Assembly (NCBI GenBank): GCA_945903655.1
Contig: CAMDOY010000001.1
Location: 1 to 43,432, forward strand
Length of the DNA: 43,432 nt
Source of the DNA: Rhizobium sp. Q54
Lineage (GTDB): Bacteria; Pseudomonadota; Alphaproteobacteria; Rhizobiales; Beijerinckiaceae
Direction: 5' to 3'
Shown: in pieces, positions 18,612-29,808 of the stretch
Layout of the letters: the number at the start of each line of letters is the position of its first letter
Position numbering within the stretch: position 1 is the first letter of the stretch
Translations under genes and position numbers: made by a program
The notes under the pieces: generated by a model
Told to the model about the DNA's origin: nothing
The model's input: only the letters and a program-made list of their open reading frames with translations
Database searches by the model: none

Positions 18612-18749
18612 AGGCGTTCTCCCTGCGGCGCGGCGGCGACAGCCAGCCACGGGTACAAGGCTCCGCCCGAGGGGGCAAGAGGCTGACGCTGCTTGGTTGC
18701 TGCGGCCCGCGCCTCTATAAGACCCTGCATCGCACCACAGGATCCTCCC

Positions 18750-19904
18750 TTGTCCCAACCGCGCCAGTTCCGGCTGCTCTCGCTGCATTTCGCCCTCTAT
18801 CAGTTCTCCTGCGTCATGGCGGGGGGATTTGCGGGGGCCTTTTTGCTGCAACAGGGCTTCAGCCTGCCGCAGGCGCTGGCGTCTTTTGCGGCGCTGCTGG
18901 CGGTGCGGTTCGTGCTGCGCTGTCTTTCGCTGGTTCTGGTGCGGCGCGTGGGCGTGCGCGGCGCCGTGATTGCGGGCGCCCTGATTCTCGCTACGCAATT
19001 CTGGCCGCTGCTGCATGCGCGCGATCCCTTCTGGCTAGGGGCCTGGCTGTTCATCGTGGCGCTGGGGGAATCGCTCTACTGGCCCTGCTATCACGCCACC
19101 ATGGCGGTCACGAGCGCGCCCGATTCGCGCGGGAAAGAGCTTGGCCTGCGCAACGCCATCGGCGCCCTGGTGGGCGTCACCGGGCCGCTGCTGGGGGGCT
19201 TCTTGCTCCAGAGGTTCGGCCCAGCGGTGGATTTCGGCCTCGCCGCCGCGATCACCCTCATCTCGATCCCGCCCCTGCTTCTCATGGCGCCGGTCAAGGC
19301 GGGCGACGTTCCCAGCCTTCGCGAGGCGCTGGGCGCGGTGGATACCCGCAGCCTCAAGGCCTTCGCCTCCGATGGCTATATCAGCGGCGGGCTCATGCTG
19401 GCCTGGCCCATGGTTCTCTTTGTCTCGCTGGGCTCGGAATATGAGAGCTTGGGCCTCGCCAACGCCATGGCGAGCCTTGTGGGCGCTGGCGTGGGGCTGG
19501 TGGCGGGGCGCATCATCGATGCGGGGCGGCGCGACAAGGCGCTGTTCTGGGTGTCGCTGGCGCTGGTGGCGAGCTTCGCCTTTCGCGCCTGCGCCAGCTG
19601 GTCGCCGCTGGCCGCCACGATCTCCAACGCCACGGGCGCGGCGGTCATCGGCGTCTACATGACCGTGCTGATGAGCCTGATCTATGACCGCGCCAAGGGC
19701 TCAGGGGCGGCCTATCGCTTCCATTTCGCCATGGAGGGCGGCTGGGACGCGGGGGCGGCGCTGGGGTGCCTCGCGGGCGCAGCGGCGGCGCAGGCCACAG
19801 GCGTGTCCTCGCTGGCGACCCTGCCCTCCGTGTTGGGGGTCTGGGTCATGTATCGCTGCGTGCGGGGACGCAAGGCGCCGACGACCGAGGCCGCCAGCGC
19901 CTGA
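18750..19904 (+). CDS. MFS-type transporter
   Basis: About 12 TM helices, YWPCYHA, GPLLGG, GRIIDAGRR loop. TTG start at 18750 is inferred. Confidence 0.78.
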   Translation: MSQPRQFRLLSLHFALYQFSCVMAGGFAGAFLLQQGFSLPQALASFAALLAVRFVLRCLSLVLVRRVGVRGAVIAGALILATQFWPLLHARDPFWLGAWLFIVALGESLYWPCYHATMAVTSAPDSRGKELGLRNAIGALVGVTGPLLGGFLLQRFGPAVDFGLAAAITLISIPPLLLMAPVKAGDVPSLREALGAVDTRSLKAFASDGYISGGLMLAWPMVLFVSLGSEYESLGLANAMASLVGAGVGLVAGRIIDAGRRDKALFWVSLALVASFAFRACASWSPLAATISNATGAAVIGVYMTVLMSLIYDRAKGSGAAYRFHFAMEGGWDAGAALGCLAGAAAAQATGVSSLATLPSVLGVWVMYRCVRGRKAPTTEAASA

Positions 19905-19908
19905 TCCA

Positions 19909-20535
19909 TCAGAACCCGATCATGTCGAAGCGGGTCATGGTGGTGTTGGGTCCCACGCCCGGGGCGGTGGCGAGGGTCCAGGCGGTGATCTGTTCCGCAT
20001 AGATGTTTTCCGCCGAGGCGCCGTCCACGGGCACGATCACCTTGTAGCCAAGGAAAGCCGCCTCGCTGGCGGTGAAGAGCACCGCCCCCTGCGCCGTGGT
20101 GCCCACCACGATGACCGTGGTGACGCCCTTTTCCTTGAGAATCTTGTCGAGATCCGTGCGGATGAACTTGTTCGCAACCGTGGAGACGACGGGCTCGCCC
20201 TCCTTCGGCGCCGCCTGGGGGGCGATATCCGCCGCTGTGGCTGACGCCACGATGCTATGCACCACCGGCATGCCCTTCGAGCGGGCTTCGGCGAGGAATT
20301 TCTCGACCTTGGGCAGGGAGGCCAGGCACCGGGGGCGGCGCTCGGCGTTGCAGGTCTGCTTCACCAGATCCAGCACGAGGAAGGCGGTGGTCTTGGGATC
20401 GACCTTCACTGTCTTGAGTTCGATGGGCGCGGGGGCCTTCACGCTGGCCCATTCATCCACGATGGTCTGGGCGGCGACGGGCGTGACGGCGAAGGCGGCG
20501 GCGGCCACGAGGCCGATCACGAGTTTCTTCAGCAT
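19909..20535 (-). CDS. Secreted isochorismatase-fold (cysteine hydrolase-like) protein with a degenerate active site
   Basis: Sec signal MLKKLVIGLVAAAAFAVTPVAA, DPKTTAFLVLD, TDLDKILKEKGVTTVIVVG, GYKVIVPVDG. Ala occupies the catalytic Cys position (GTTAQGAVLFT). Confidence 0.85.
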   Translation of the reverse strand: MLKKLVIGLVAAAAFAVTPVAAQTIVDEWASVKAPAPIELKTVKVDPKTTAFLVLDLVKQTCNAERRPRCLASLPKVEKFLAEARSKGMPVVHSIVASATAADIAPQAAPKEGEPVVSTVANKFIRTDLDKILKEKGVTTVIVVGTTAQGAVLFTASEAAFLGYKVIVPVDGASAENIYAEQITAWTLATAPGVGPNTTMTRFDMIGF

Positions 20536-20610
20536 GGCTTGCTCCTGATTGACGATGTTCTTCCAGCGGAAAGGTCGCTCGTTCCCGCGCGTCCCGCAAG
20601 TCCTGCGCTC

Positions 20611-21807
<1,197 letters not shown>

Positions 21808-21951
21808 GGCTTGCTCCGGGCTGCGCCCCGGTCAGGGAACGCTTGTCACGGCGCCGGTTATGACCTTGGGCGCGAATGGATTCAAGCGCTCCAGTGACGC
21901 TACCCCTAACGAGGGCTTGCGCGCGGGCTCCCATGCAGTCATCTTGGCGCC

Positions 21952-23049
21952 ATGGCCGGTCATGATCCTTTCTCGCAGGAGCCTCTGGCGCTCGACAGGA
22001 CCGCGCTCTCCGCGCTGAATGATCGTTCGCGCGAGATTTTCAAACGCATCGTCGATTCCTATCTCGCTTCGGGCGAGCCGGTGGGGTCGCGCCAGCTCTC
22101 GCGCCTGCTGCCCATGACCCTCTCCCCCGCCTCGGTCCGCAATGTCATGCAGGACCTTGAGGAGCTGGGCCTCGTCTACGCCCCCCACACCAGCGCCGGG
22201 CGTCTGCCGACCGAGCTTGGCCTGCGCTTTTTCGTCGACGCCCTGCTCGAAATCGGCGACCTGCCGCTCGACGAGCGCGACCGCATCGACGCGCAGGTCT
22301 CCGCCGCCTCGCGCGATCTGACCCTCGAGGGCGTGCTGACCGAGGCCTCGCGCATGCTCTCGGGGCTCTCGCGGGGCGCGGGCGTGGTGGTGACGACCAA
22401 GGACAACAAGCGCCTCAAGCATATCGAATTCGTCGGGCTGGAGCCCGAGCGGGCGCTCGCGGTGCTGGTCTCCGAGGATGGTTCCGTCGAGAACCGTGTG
22501 GTCGCCATCCCCAAGGGGCTGCCCTCCTCGGCGCTGGTGGAGGCCAGCAATTATCTCAACGCGCGCATTCGTGGCCGCACCCTGAGCGAGGTGCGTACGG
22601 ATATCGAGCACGCCCGCAGCCAGGCGCAGGCCGAGCTGAACGAACTCACGGCCCGGCTGGTGGACGCGGGGCTGGCGAGCTGGGCGGGCATGGGCGAGAC
22701 CTCCCAGCTCATCGTGCGCGGCCAGGCCAATCTGCTGGAGGACCTGAAGGCGGCGGAGGATCTGGAGCGCATCCGCCTGCTGTTCGGCGATCTCGAAACC
22801 AAGAAGGACGTGGTCGATCTACTCTCGCGGGCCGAACAGGGCGAGGGCGTGCGGATCTTCATCGGCTCGGAGAACAAGCTCTTCTCCCTCTCCGGCTCCT
22901 CCATGATCGCGGCCCCCTTCCGCGATCCCACCCAGCGGATCGTGGGCGTGCTCGGCGTCATCGGCCCCACCCGGCTCAACTATGCGCGCATCGTTCCCAT
23001 GGTGGACTATACGGCCCGGGCCATCGTGCGGCTGATGCAGGGGCGGTGA
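21952..23049 (+). CDS. hrcA: Heat-inducible transcription repressor HrcA
   Basis: [44 protein letters not shown]. Confidence 0.97.
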   Translation: MAGHDPFSQEPLALDRTALSALNDRSREIFKRIVDSYLASGEPVGSRQLSRLLPMTLSPASVRNVMQDLEELGLVYAPHTSAGRLPTELGLRFFVDALLEIGDLPLDERDRIDAQVSAASRDLTLEGVLTEASRMLSGLSRGAGVVVTTKDNKRLKHIEFVGLEPERALAVLVSEDGSVENRVVAIPKGLPSSALVEASNYLNARIRGRTLSEVRTDIEHARSQAQAELNELTARLVDAGLASWAGMGETSQLIVRGQANLLEDLKAAEDLERIRLLFGDLETKKDVVDLLSRAEQGEGVRIFIGSENKLFSLSGSSMIAAPFRDPTQRIVGVLGVIGPTRLNYARIVPMVDYTARAIVRLMQGR

Positions 23050-23113
23050 GGCGGCGCCTTGATGCGCCCCCGCCAACGTGAGAGAACCCGGGGCATTGCA
23101 GAGGGTCTCCCCC

Positions 23114-23650
23114 ATGATCGAACGCTGGCTTGAAAAGATATTGTTCAGCAGCCGCTGGCTGCTCGCGCCCATCTATCTGGGGCTCGTGGTCGGGCTCGTG
23201 GCGCTGGTGGTGAAGGACATCCAGCACATCATCCACATCGTGCCGAATATTCTCAACGCCAGCGAGTCCGATCTGGTGCTGGACATTCTGGGCCTGATCG
23301 ACCTCAGCCTGACGGCGAGCCTGGTCATCATCGTCATCTTCTCGGGCTACGAAAATTTCGTGTCCCGCATCGTGACGGCGGGCCATGAGGACTGGCCGGA
23401 ATGGATGTCGAAGATCGACTTCACCGGCCTCAAGCTGAAGCTGCTCTCCTCCATCGTGGCGATTTCGGCGATTCAGCTTTTGCGCGCCTTCATGGACATC
23501 GCCAAGACCTCGGACCGCGATCTCATGTGGTCCGTGATCATCCATATGGTCTTTGTGACGTCAGGGCTCCTGCTCGCCCTGACCGACCGCATGAGCGAGC
23601 ATGCCCCCAAGGATGCGGCCAAGGGCGATGGCAAGACCAACGGCCATTGA
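23114..23650 (+). CDS. YqhA/TIGR00645 (UPF0114) family membrane protein
   Basis: SRWLLAPIYLGL, SGYENFVS, LKLKL..SIVAISAI.LL. Confidence 0.88.
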   Translation: MIERWLEKILFSSRWLLAPIYLGLVVGLVALVVKDIQHIIHIVPNILNASESDLVLDILGLIDLSLTASLVIIVIFSGYENFVSRIVTAGHEDWPEWMSKIDFTGLKLKLLSSIVAISAIQLLRAFMDIAKTSDRDLMWSVIIHMVFVTSGLLLALTDRMSEHAPKDAAKGDGKTNGH

Positions 23651-23685
23651 GTGACCTGATGGCCCCGGCGTGCCATAAGGCCCCC

Positions 23686-24852
23686 ATGCCGAGCCAATCC
23701 AACGCCTTCGATCCGGGCTTCGGGGTCTATGTCCACTGGCCCTTCTGCCTGTCGAAATGCCCCTATTGCGACTTCAACAGCCATGTGCGGGCCGCCCCCC
23801 TGGACGAGGCGCGCTATGTCGCGGCCTTCGCCGCCGAACTCGCCCACCGGGCCGCGCTGGCGCCGGGGCGGCAGGTCACCTCCATCTTCTTTGGCGGGGG
23901 CACGCCATCCCTCATGAAGCCGCAGACGGTGGGCGCCATTCTGGAGGCCATCGGGTCGCATTGGAGCATCGCGCCGGGGGCGGAAATCACCCTCGAGGCC
24001 AATCCCACCAGCGTGGAGGCCGAGCGGTTTCGCGGCTATCGGGCGGCGGGCGTCAACCGGGTGTCGCTGGGCGTGCAGGCCATGAACGACGCAGACCTGA
24101 AGGCCCTGGGGCGCATGCACAGCGCCGCCGAGGCCATGGCGGCGGTGGATGTGGCGACCAGCGTTTTCGACCGCGCCTCCTTCGACCTCATCTACGCCCG
24201 CCCGAACCAGAGCCCGCAGGACTGGGCGCAGGAACTGCGCGAGGCCCTGCGCCGGGCGCCCGAGCATCTGTCGCTCTATCAGCTCACCATCGAGCCCGGC
24301 ACCATGTTCGAGCGGCTGGTGGAGGCGGGCAAGCTCGCCCCGCCCGACCTGGATCTCGGCCGCACCCTCTGGGATCTGACCCAGGAGATGATGGATCAGG
24401 CGGGCATGCCCGCCTACGAGGTCTCCAACCACGCAAGGCCGGGGGCGGAGAGCCGCCACAACCTCGTCTATTGGCGCTATGGGGAATATGCAGGGGTTGG
24501 CCCCGGCGCCCATGGACGCCTGCTGACGGCGGCGGGCCGCATGGCCCACTCCACGCAAAAACACCCCGAAAAATGGCTCGCCAGCGTCGAGGCGCAGGGC
24601 CACGGATTGATCGAGGACGAGGCGCTATCCGCAGAGGCCCAGGGCGACGAATTCCTGCTGATGGGGCTGCGATTGCGTGAGGGCGTGGACCCCTTGCGGT
24701 TCGAGGCGATCTGCGGCCGCGCTCTGGACCCCCGGCGCATCGAAGGGCTTGAAAGCCATGGGCTTGTGGCGCGCAATGCGCAGGGCCGCCTGCTGGTGAC
24801 GGCGGAAGGCTTTCCGCTGCTGGATTCGGTGATTGCGGAGCTGGCGTCCTAA
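23686..24852 (+). CDS. hemW: Radical SAM heme chaperone HemW
   Basis: YVHWPFCLSKCPYCDFN, FFGGGTPS, EITLEANP, YEVSN, HNLVYW. An alternative ATG lies at 23659. Confidence 0.93.
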   Translation: MPSQSNAFDPGFGVYVHWPFCLSKCPYCDFNSHVRAAPLDEARYVAAFAAELAHRAALAPGRQVTSIFFGGGTPSLMKPQTVGAILEAIGSHWSIAPGAEITLEANPTSVEAERFRGYRAAGVNRVSLGVQAMNDADLKALGRMHSAAEAMAAVDVATSVFDRASFDLIYARPNQSPQDWAQELREALRRAPEHLSLYQLTIEPGTMFERLVEAGKLAPPDLDLGRTLWDLTQEMMDQAGMPAYEVSNHARPGAESRHNLVYWRYGEYAGVGPGAHGRLLTAAGRMAHSTQKHPEKWLASVEAQGHGLIEDEALSAEAQGDEFLLMGLRLREGVDPLRFEAICGRALDPRRIEGLESHGLVARNAQGRLLVTAEGFPLLDSVIAELAS

Positions 24853-26060
24853 ATCCCCGACGCCGCCCCAAAGCTCCGGGGCGCCGGGCTGATCATGCTG
24901 ACGCTTCCATTGCCGATCATCTGCACCGACAGGCCCCGCTCGTTCTGGCCATCGGCTCTGAAGCGGAAGATCCCGTCGGTTCCGCTAAAGCCTGAGGCGC
25001 CCTGCAAGACCCGCTCGGAGAAGCGCTCCGTCCCCTGCTGGCGGGCCAGCGCCACGCTCAGGGCCACCGCGTCATAGGCGAGGGTCGCGACCCGGGCGGG
25101 ATCGGCGCCATATTTGTCGCGATAGCTCGCGGCGAAACCGTTGAAGCCCCCATTGTCGGGCGCGGCGAACCAGGCGCCTTGCAGGGCGGGCAGCTTCAGC
25201 ACCCGGGCGTCGTTCCACACGCCCGTGCCCAGAATCTGCACCCGCTTGCCATCGACGCCCGCCGACACAAGCGCCTGCGACAGGCCCGCCATGGCCTCCG
25301 CCTGTTCGGGAATGAACAGCGCGTCAATCTGGGCGCCGAGGCCCGCGATCTTCTGAGCCGCGCCCGGCTGCAGGCGCTCCACCGCCATGACCCGCACATT
25401 GTTGCGGGCGGCGGCGCTAAGGAAGGCGGCTTCCGCCACCCGCCCATAGTCCGTGTTGGGGATCAGCGCGGCCATGCTGCGTTTGCCCCGCGCCGCCGCA
25501 TAATCCACGATCCGGTCCACATAGGCCTCCACCTGGAAGGACAGCAGATAGACCCCGCGCCCGGCGACGGTCGCGTCGGTGGAAAAGCCGATCACCGGCC
25601 TGCCCGCCATAAGCGCGACAGCGCCGACCTCCCGCACATTGGCGGAAAAGAGCGGCCCGACGATCAGCTCCGCGCCTTCCGCGATGGCGGCCTGCGCTGC
25701 GGCTCTCGCGCCTGCGGGGCTTGATTGATCGTCCTTCACGATGACCGTGACATCCGCATGGTCGAAAGCCGCCACCGCCAGTTCGGCGGCGTTACGCAGC
25801 GACAGGCCCACCAGGCCGGGGCCATTGGGGCCGGTGAGCGGCGCGATCAGGGCGATCTTGACAGGGCCGGAGCCGATCCGATTGGGGTCTGCCGCCAGAG
25901 GCGAACTCTCGATGGCGTTGGAGGGCGGCGGCAGGGGCGCCGCCGAGGGGCTGCGGCCTCCCAGGCCCGAGGGGCCGCAGCCCGCCAGCGCCAGCGCGCA
26001 GGCGAGAGCCACAGGCGCGAGCCCTCTGGTCTTGCCCCCCGACCCCATGCTGCTCTCCAT
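24849..26060 (-). CDS. Penicillin-binding protein activator-like lipoprotein (LpoA/LppC type)
   Basis: Lipobox LAGC, KIALIAPLTG, LIVGPLF, LAYDAV, GFSGTDGIFRF; divergent from rsmI, as is conserved. Start 26060 or 26048. Confidence 0.85.
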   Translation of the reverse strand: MESSMGSGGKTRGLAPVALACALALAGCGPSGLGGRSPSAAPLPPPSNAIESSPLAADPNRIGSGPVKIALIAPLTGPNGPGLVGLSLRNAAELAVAAFDHADVTVIVKDDQSSPAGARAAAQAAIAEGAELIVGPLFSANVREVGAVALMAGRPVIGFSTDATVAGRGVYLLSFQVEAYVDRIVDYAAARGKRSMAALIPNTDYGRVAEAAFLSAAARNNVRVMAVERLQPGAAQKIAGLGAQIDALFIPEQAEAMAGLSQALVSAGVDGKRVQILGTGVWNDARVLKLPALQGAWFAAPDNGGFNGFAASYRDKYGADPARVATLAYDAVALSVALARQQGTERFSERVLQGASGFSGTDGIFRFRADGQNERGLSVQMIGNGSVSMISPAPRSFGAASGI

Positions 26061-26196
26061 GAATTCGCCTCGCAGCCTTCAGCTTCGCAGAGGCGTCGCC
26101 ATAAGATAGACCCAATGCGGACGAATTACGACGTTGCGTCGTGGCGCCAAGCGTTCTATTTATCGAACTCCTGTCCTCTTTTAAAGAACGAACCCC

Positions 26197-27138
26197 ATGG
26201 ATCAGGGCAAACCCCATCCCCCCGAGCCCAAGGCCCCCAAAGCGGCCTCGTCCTCCTACACGGCCTTCGGCATGGGCATGGAGGCGGAGCGGCTGCAACC
26301 TGGCCTGCATGTGGTGGCGACCCCCATCGGCAACCTGTGCGACATTTCCTTTCGCGGCGTCGCCACGCTGGCGGCTGCAGATGCGGTCATCGCCGAGGAT
26401 ACGCGCGTCACCAAGACGCTGCTCGCCCATTACGGGATCACCACGCCCCTCATGGCCTATCACGAGCACAACGCCTCGGTGGTGCGGCCCCATATTCTGG
26501 CGCGGCTCGAATCGGGCGCCGCTCTGGCGCTCGTGTCGGACGCAGGCACGCCCTTGATCTCGGACCCCGGCTTCAAGCTGGTGGCGGACGCCGCCGCCGC
26601 CGGGATCAATGTGGTCGCGGTGCCCGGCGCCTCCGCCGTGCTGGCGGCGCTGATGGTGGCGGGCCTGCCGACCGACCGCTTCTTCTTCGAGGGCTTCCTG
26701 CCGCCCCGCAGCGCGGCCCGGCGCCAGCGCATCGCCGAACTCGCCCCCATTCCCGGCACGCTGGTCTTCTTCGAATCGCCCCGGCGTCTGGCCGAGACGC
26801 TGGAGGATCTGCATGCGGTTCTGGGCGCCCGCGACGCCGCCATCGCCCGCGAACTGACCAAACATTACGAGACCGTGCGCAGGGGATCGCTTGGCGACCT
26901 CGCCGCCGCGCTCGCCGCCGAAGGCCCGCCCAGGGGCGAGATCGTGCTGCTGGTGGCCCCGCCCGGGGAGGGCGTGACCGTCATGAGCGCGGAGGATCTC
27001 GACGCCAAATTGCGCAAGGCGCTGGCCACCCTCTCGGTCAAGGACGCCGCATCCGTGGTGGCGGCGGAGACCGGCCAACCGCGCCGCCAGGTCTATGCGC
27101 GGGCGGTCGAGATCATGGCGGCGGACCGCACGGAATGA
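26197..27138 (+). CDS. rsmI: 16S rRNA C1402 2'-O-methyltransferase
   Basis: VVATPIGNL.DI, AEDTR, VSDAGTPLISDPG, FFESPRR, ARELTK. Confidence 0.96.
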   Translation: MDQGKPHPPEPKAPKAASSSYTAFGMGMEAERLQPGLHVVATPIGNLCDISFRGVATLAAADAVIAEDTRVTKTLLAHYGITTPLMAYHEHNASVVRPHILARLESGAALALVSDAGTPLISDPGFKLVADAAAAGINVVAVPGASAVLAALMVAGLPTDRFFFEGFLPPRSAARRQRIAELAPIPGTLVFFESPRRLAETLEDLHAVLGARDAAIARELTKHYETVRRGSLGDLAAALAAEGPPRGEIVLLVAPPGEGVTVMSAEDLDAKLRKALATLSVKDAASVVAAETGQPRRQVYARAVEIMAADRTE

Positions 27139-27527
27139 GCGAGGCGCCCCCGCCCGGGCGCGACCGGCAGGCGGCGCGCACCTTCGGCATTCGTGCGGAA
27201 TGGGCGGCGCTGGCCCTGCTCACCCTGACAGGCTACCGGGTGCTGGCGCGCAATTTCGTGGCGCCGGGCGGGGAGATCGACCTCATCGCCCAGCGCGGCC
27301 AGACCATCGCCTTCATCGAGGTGAAGGCGCGGCCCCAGATGGATCAGGCGCTGATCGCCATCACCGAGCAAAAACGCAGGCGCATCGCCCGCGCCGCCCA
27401 AGTCTGGCTGCGGCAGAATCGCTGGGCCGTCACTTATGCTCTGCGGGGCGATGCGGTCTTCATCGCCCCCCGTCGCCTGCCCCGCCATCTGCCCGGCGCT
27501 TTCGAGCTTGATCTCATGGGCTATTGA
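27135..27527 (+). CDS. yraN: YraN family protein (PD-(D/E)XK nuclease-like)
   Basis: GIRAE.AA, GYRVLARN, GEIDLIA, FIEVKAR. ATGA overlap with the rsmI stop. Confidence 0.92.
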   Translation: MSEAPPPGRDRQAARTFGIRAEWAALALLTLTGYRVLARNFVAPGGEIDLIAQRGQTIAFIEVKARPQMDQALIAITEQKRRRIARAAQVWLRQNRWAVTYALRGDAVFIAPRRLPRHLPGAFELDLMGY

Positions 27528-27587
27528 CGGCAAGCGGAGGCCGTGTCGATGTTCCGCCCCCAAGAGGCGCGTTGCAGAGGAATCGTC

Positions 27588-28526
27588 ATGAGCCTGAAGG
27601 TCGCGGTCCAGATGGACCCAGTCGAGCGCATCAACATCGCCGGCGATTCCACATTCGCGCTCATGCTGGAGGCGCAGGCGCGCGGCCATGAACTGAGCTG
27701 GTACACCCCCGAAAAGCTCTCCATGCGCGATGGCCGCATCATCGCCAGCGCGCAAAGCCTGACGGTGCAGGATGTGGTGGGCGACCATTGCAAGCTCGGG
27801 GAGACCAGCGTGGTCGATCTGGCGGATGTGGACGTGGTGCTGCTGCGCCAGGACCCGCCCTTCGACATGGCCTATGTCACGACAACCCATCTGCTGGAGC
27901 GGATCCATCCGCAGACGCTGGTCGTGAACGATCCTTTCAGCGTGCGCAACGCGCCTGAAAAAGTGTTCGTGATGAAGTTTCCCCATCTCATGGCGCCCAC
28001 CCTCATCACCCGTGATCGCGAGCAGATCGACGCCTTCCGCGCCGAGCATGGCGATGTCGTAATGAAGCCGCTTTACGGCAATGGCGGCGCAGCAGTGTTC
28101 AAGGTCTCACGGGAGGATCCAAATTTCGGCTCCCTGTTCGATCTCTTCTCCGTCACCTTCCGGGAGCCCTGGGTGGTGCAGCGCTTCCTGCCGCAGGTGA
28201 CCGAAGGCGACAAGCGCATCATTCTGGTGGATGGGGAAGCGGCGGGGGCGGTGAACCGCGTGCCGGCGGCCAATGACATCCGCTCCAACATGGTGCGCGG
28301 CGGTGCGGCGCGGCCAACCGATCTGACGAAGCGCGAGCATGAGATCTGCGAGACCATCGGGCCGGATCTGAAGCGCATGGGGCTGATCTTCGTGGGCATC
28401 GACGTCATCGACGGCAATCTCACGGAGATCAACGTCACCTCGCCCACGGGCCTGCGCGCCATCAAGCGCCTCGGCGGCCCCGACATCGCCGCCACCATCT
28501 GGGACGCCATCGAAGCGAAGCTGTAA
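27588..28526 (+). CDS. gshB: Glutathione synthetase
   Basis: [54 protein letters not shown]. Confidence 0.97.
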   Translation: MSLKVAVQMDPVERINIAGDSTFALMLEAQARGHELSWYTPEKLSMRDGRIIASAQSLTVQDVVGDHCKLGETSVVDLADVDVVLLRQDPPFDMAYVTTTHLLERIHPQTLVVNDPFSVRNAPEKVFVMKFPHLMAPTLITRDREQIDAFRAEHGDVVMKPLYGNGGAAVFKVSREDPNFGSLFDLFSVTFREPWVVQRFLPQVTEGDKRIILVDGEAAGAVNRVPAANDIRSNMVRGGAARPTDLTKREHEICETIGPDLKRMGLIFVGIDVIDGNLTEINVTSPTGLRAIKRLGGPDIAATIWDAIEAKL

Positions 28527-29776
28527 TGCTGACGCTGCTGGGACCGGTTCTGTTCGGGCTGGCCCTGTTGGCGGGGCCAGCGCAGGCTGAATCGCTCTAT
28601 GCCTGGACGCAATATGTCCCCGGCGGGCTGGAGGCGCGGGTAATCACCCGCGAGGCCCAGTGCCCGCACGCGCGCATCGACAAGCGCGCCACCCCCATGC
28701 GCATTCGCGCCGAGCGCACCGACGCCTTTCCCGTGCTCGTCTGCGCGCTGACCATCCCGCGCGGCGCTAAAGCCCTTGAGATCGCTGGCGAGGCCCTGCC
28801 CCTGCCCAAGGCGCGCGCCGACCACATCCTCGTGCTCGGCGACACCGGCTGCCGCGTCACGCGCCTCATCAACCAATCCTGCAACGATCCCGCCGACTGG
28901 CCCTTCGCTGCGGGGGCGAAGACGCAGGCCGGAACCGCGCCCGATGTGATCGTGCATGTGGGCGACATGTTCTACCGCGAGAAGCCCTGTCGTCCCCTGA
29001 ACGAGGGCTGCGCGAATACGCCCAATGGAGACAACTGGGCCGCCTGGGAGAGCGATTTCTTCGCCCCCGGCAAACCCCTGTTGCGCGCGGCGCCTCTCAT
29101 CCTCGTGCGTGGCAACCATGAAATCTGCCAGCGCGGCGGCAAGGGCTGGAGCCGCTTGCTCGACCCCTATCCGCTGGTCTCGACCTCGGGCTGCCTGAGC
29201 GCTGGCGCGCCTTTCGCAGTGGATCTGGGCGGGCTGACCCTTGTCGCGATGGATGTATCCGCCGCTGTGGAAGGCTCGTGGCGGGAGAACCAGCTGGCTC
29301 GCTTCCGCGCCCAGTTCGAATCCCTTGGCAAGCTCGCGCCCGAGGGGCCCATATGGCTGGCCATGCATCGGCCCATCCGGGCTTCGGCGGCCGCCGCCTT
29401 GGGCCTCATGGTCGGCCCGAACCAGCTGCTCGCCCGAGCCTCCGCCAGCGTCATGCCGGACCGGGTGGCGGCGATCCTGTCCGGCCATATCCATACCTTT
29501 CAGGCGCTCGCCTTCGACGATTTGCCCGCGCAGCTCGTCTCGGGCCATTCCGGCGCGGAATTGCACTGGACGGCGCCCGACGATGTGAAGGGCCTTGTCA
29601 TGGAAGGCGCCCGGGTTGTTGCGGGGACCGGGCGTTCGGGCGTCCATGGCTTTGTGACCCTGACGCGCGACGGCGCGGACGCGGAGGCCTGGCGCGTCGA
29701 AAACCGCGACTTTTCCGGCAAGCGGCTCGATCTGTGCCGTATGACGAGACGTAAGCTTTCCTGCGAACCCGCGTAG
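28526..29776 (+). CDS. Secreted calcineurin-like metallophosphoesterase
   Basis: Signal peptide ending AQA; GDTG, HVGD, RGNHE, MH and SGHIH motifs. TAATG overlap with gshB. Confidence 0.85.
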   Translation: MLTLLGPVLFGLALLAGPAQAESLYAWTQYVPGGLEARVITREAQCPHARIDKRATPMRIRAERTDAFPVLVCALTIPRGAKALEIAGEALPLPKARADHILVLGDTGCRVTRLINQSCNDPADWPFAAGAKTQAGTAPDVIVHVGDMFYREKPCRPLNEGCANTPNGDNWAAWESDFFAPGKPLLRAAPLILVRGNHEICQRGGKGWSRLLDPYPLVSTSGCLSAGAPFAVDLGGLTLVAMDVSAAVEGSWRENQLARFRAQFESLGKLAPEGPIWLAMHRPIRASAAAALGLMVGPNQLLARASASVMPDRVAAILSGHIHTFQALAFDDLPAQLVSGHSGAELHWTAPDDVKGLVMEGARVVAGTGRSGVHGFVTLTRDGADAEAWRVENRDFSGKRLDLCRMTRRKLSCEPA

Positions 29777-29808
29777 AAGTCGCCAGAATCGGTGCTACAA
29801 GGAGATCC

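Noticed and set aside
21810-21951. CIRCE element upstream of hrcA or grpE
   Set aside because: No TTAGCACTC-N9-GAGTGCTAA seen in either upstream region.
25725-27527. 600-aa ORF implying a large YraN fusion; likewise long N-terminal extensions of argG, hemW and the CoA-transferase
   Set aside because: Open upstream frames overlap real neighbouring genes; family similarity starts at the internal starts given.
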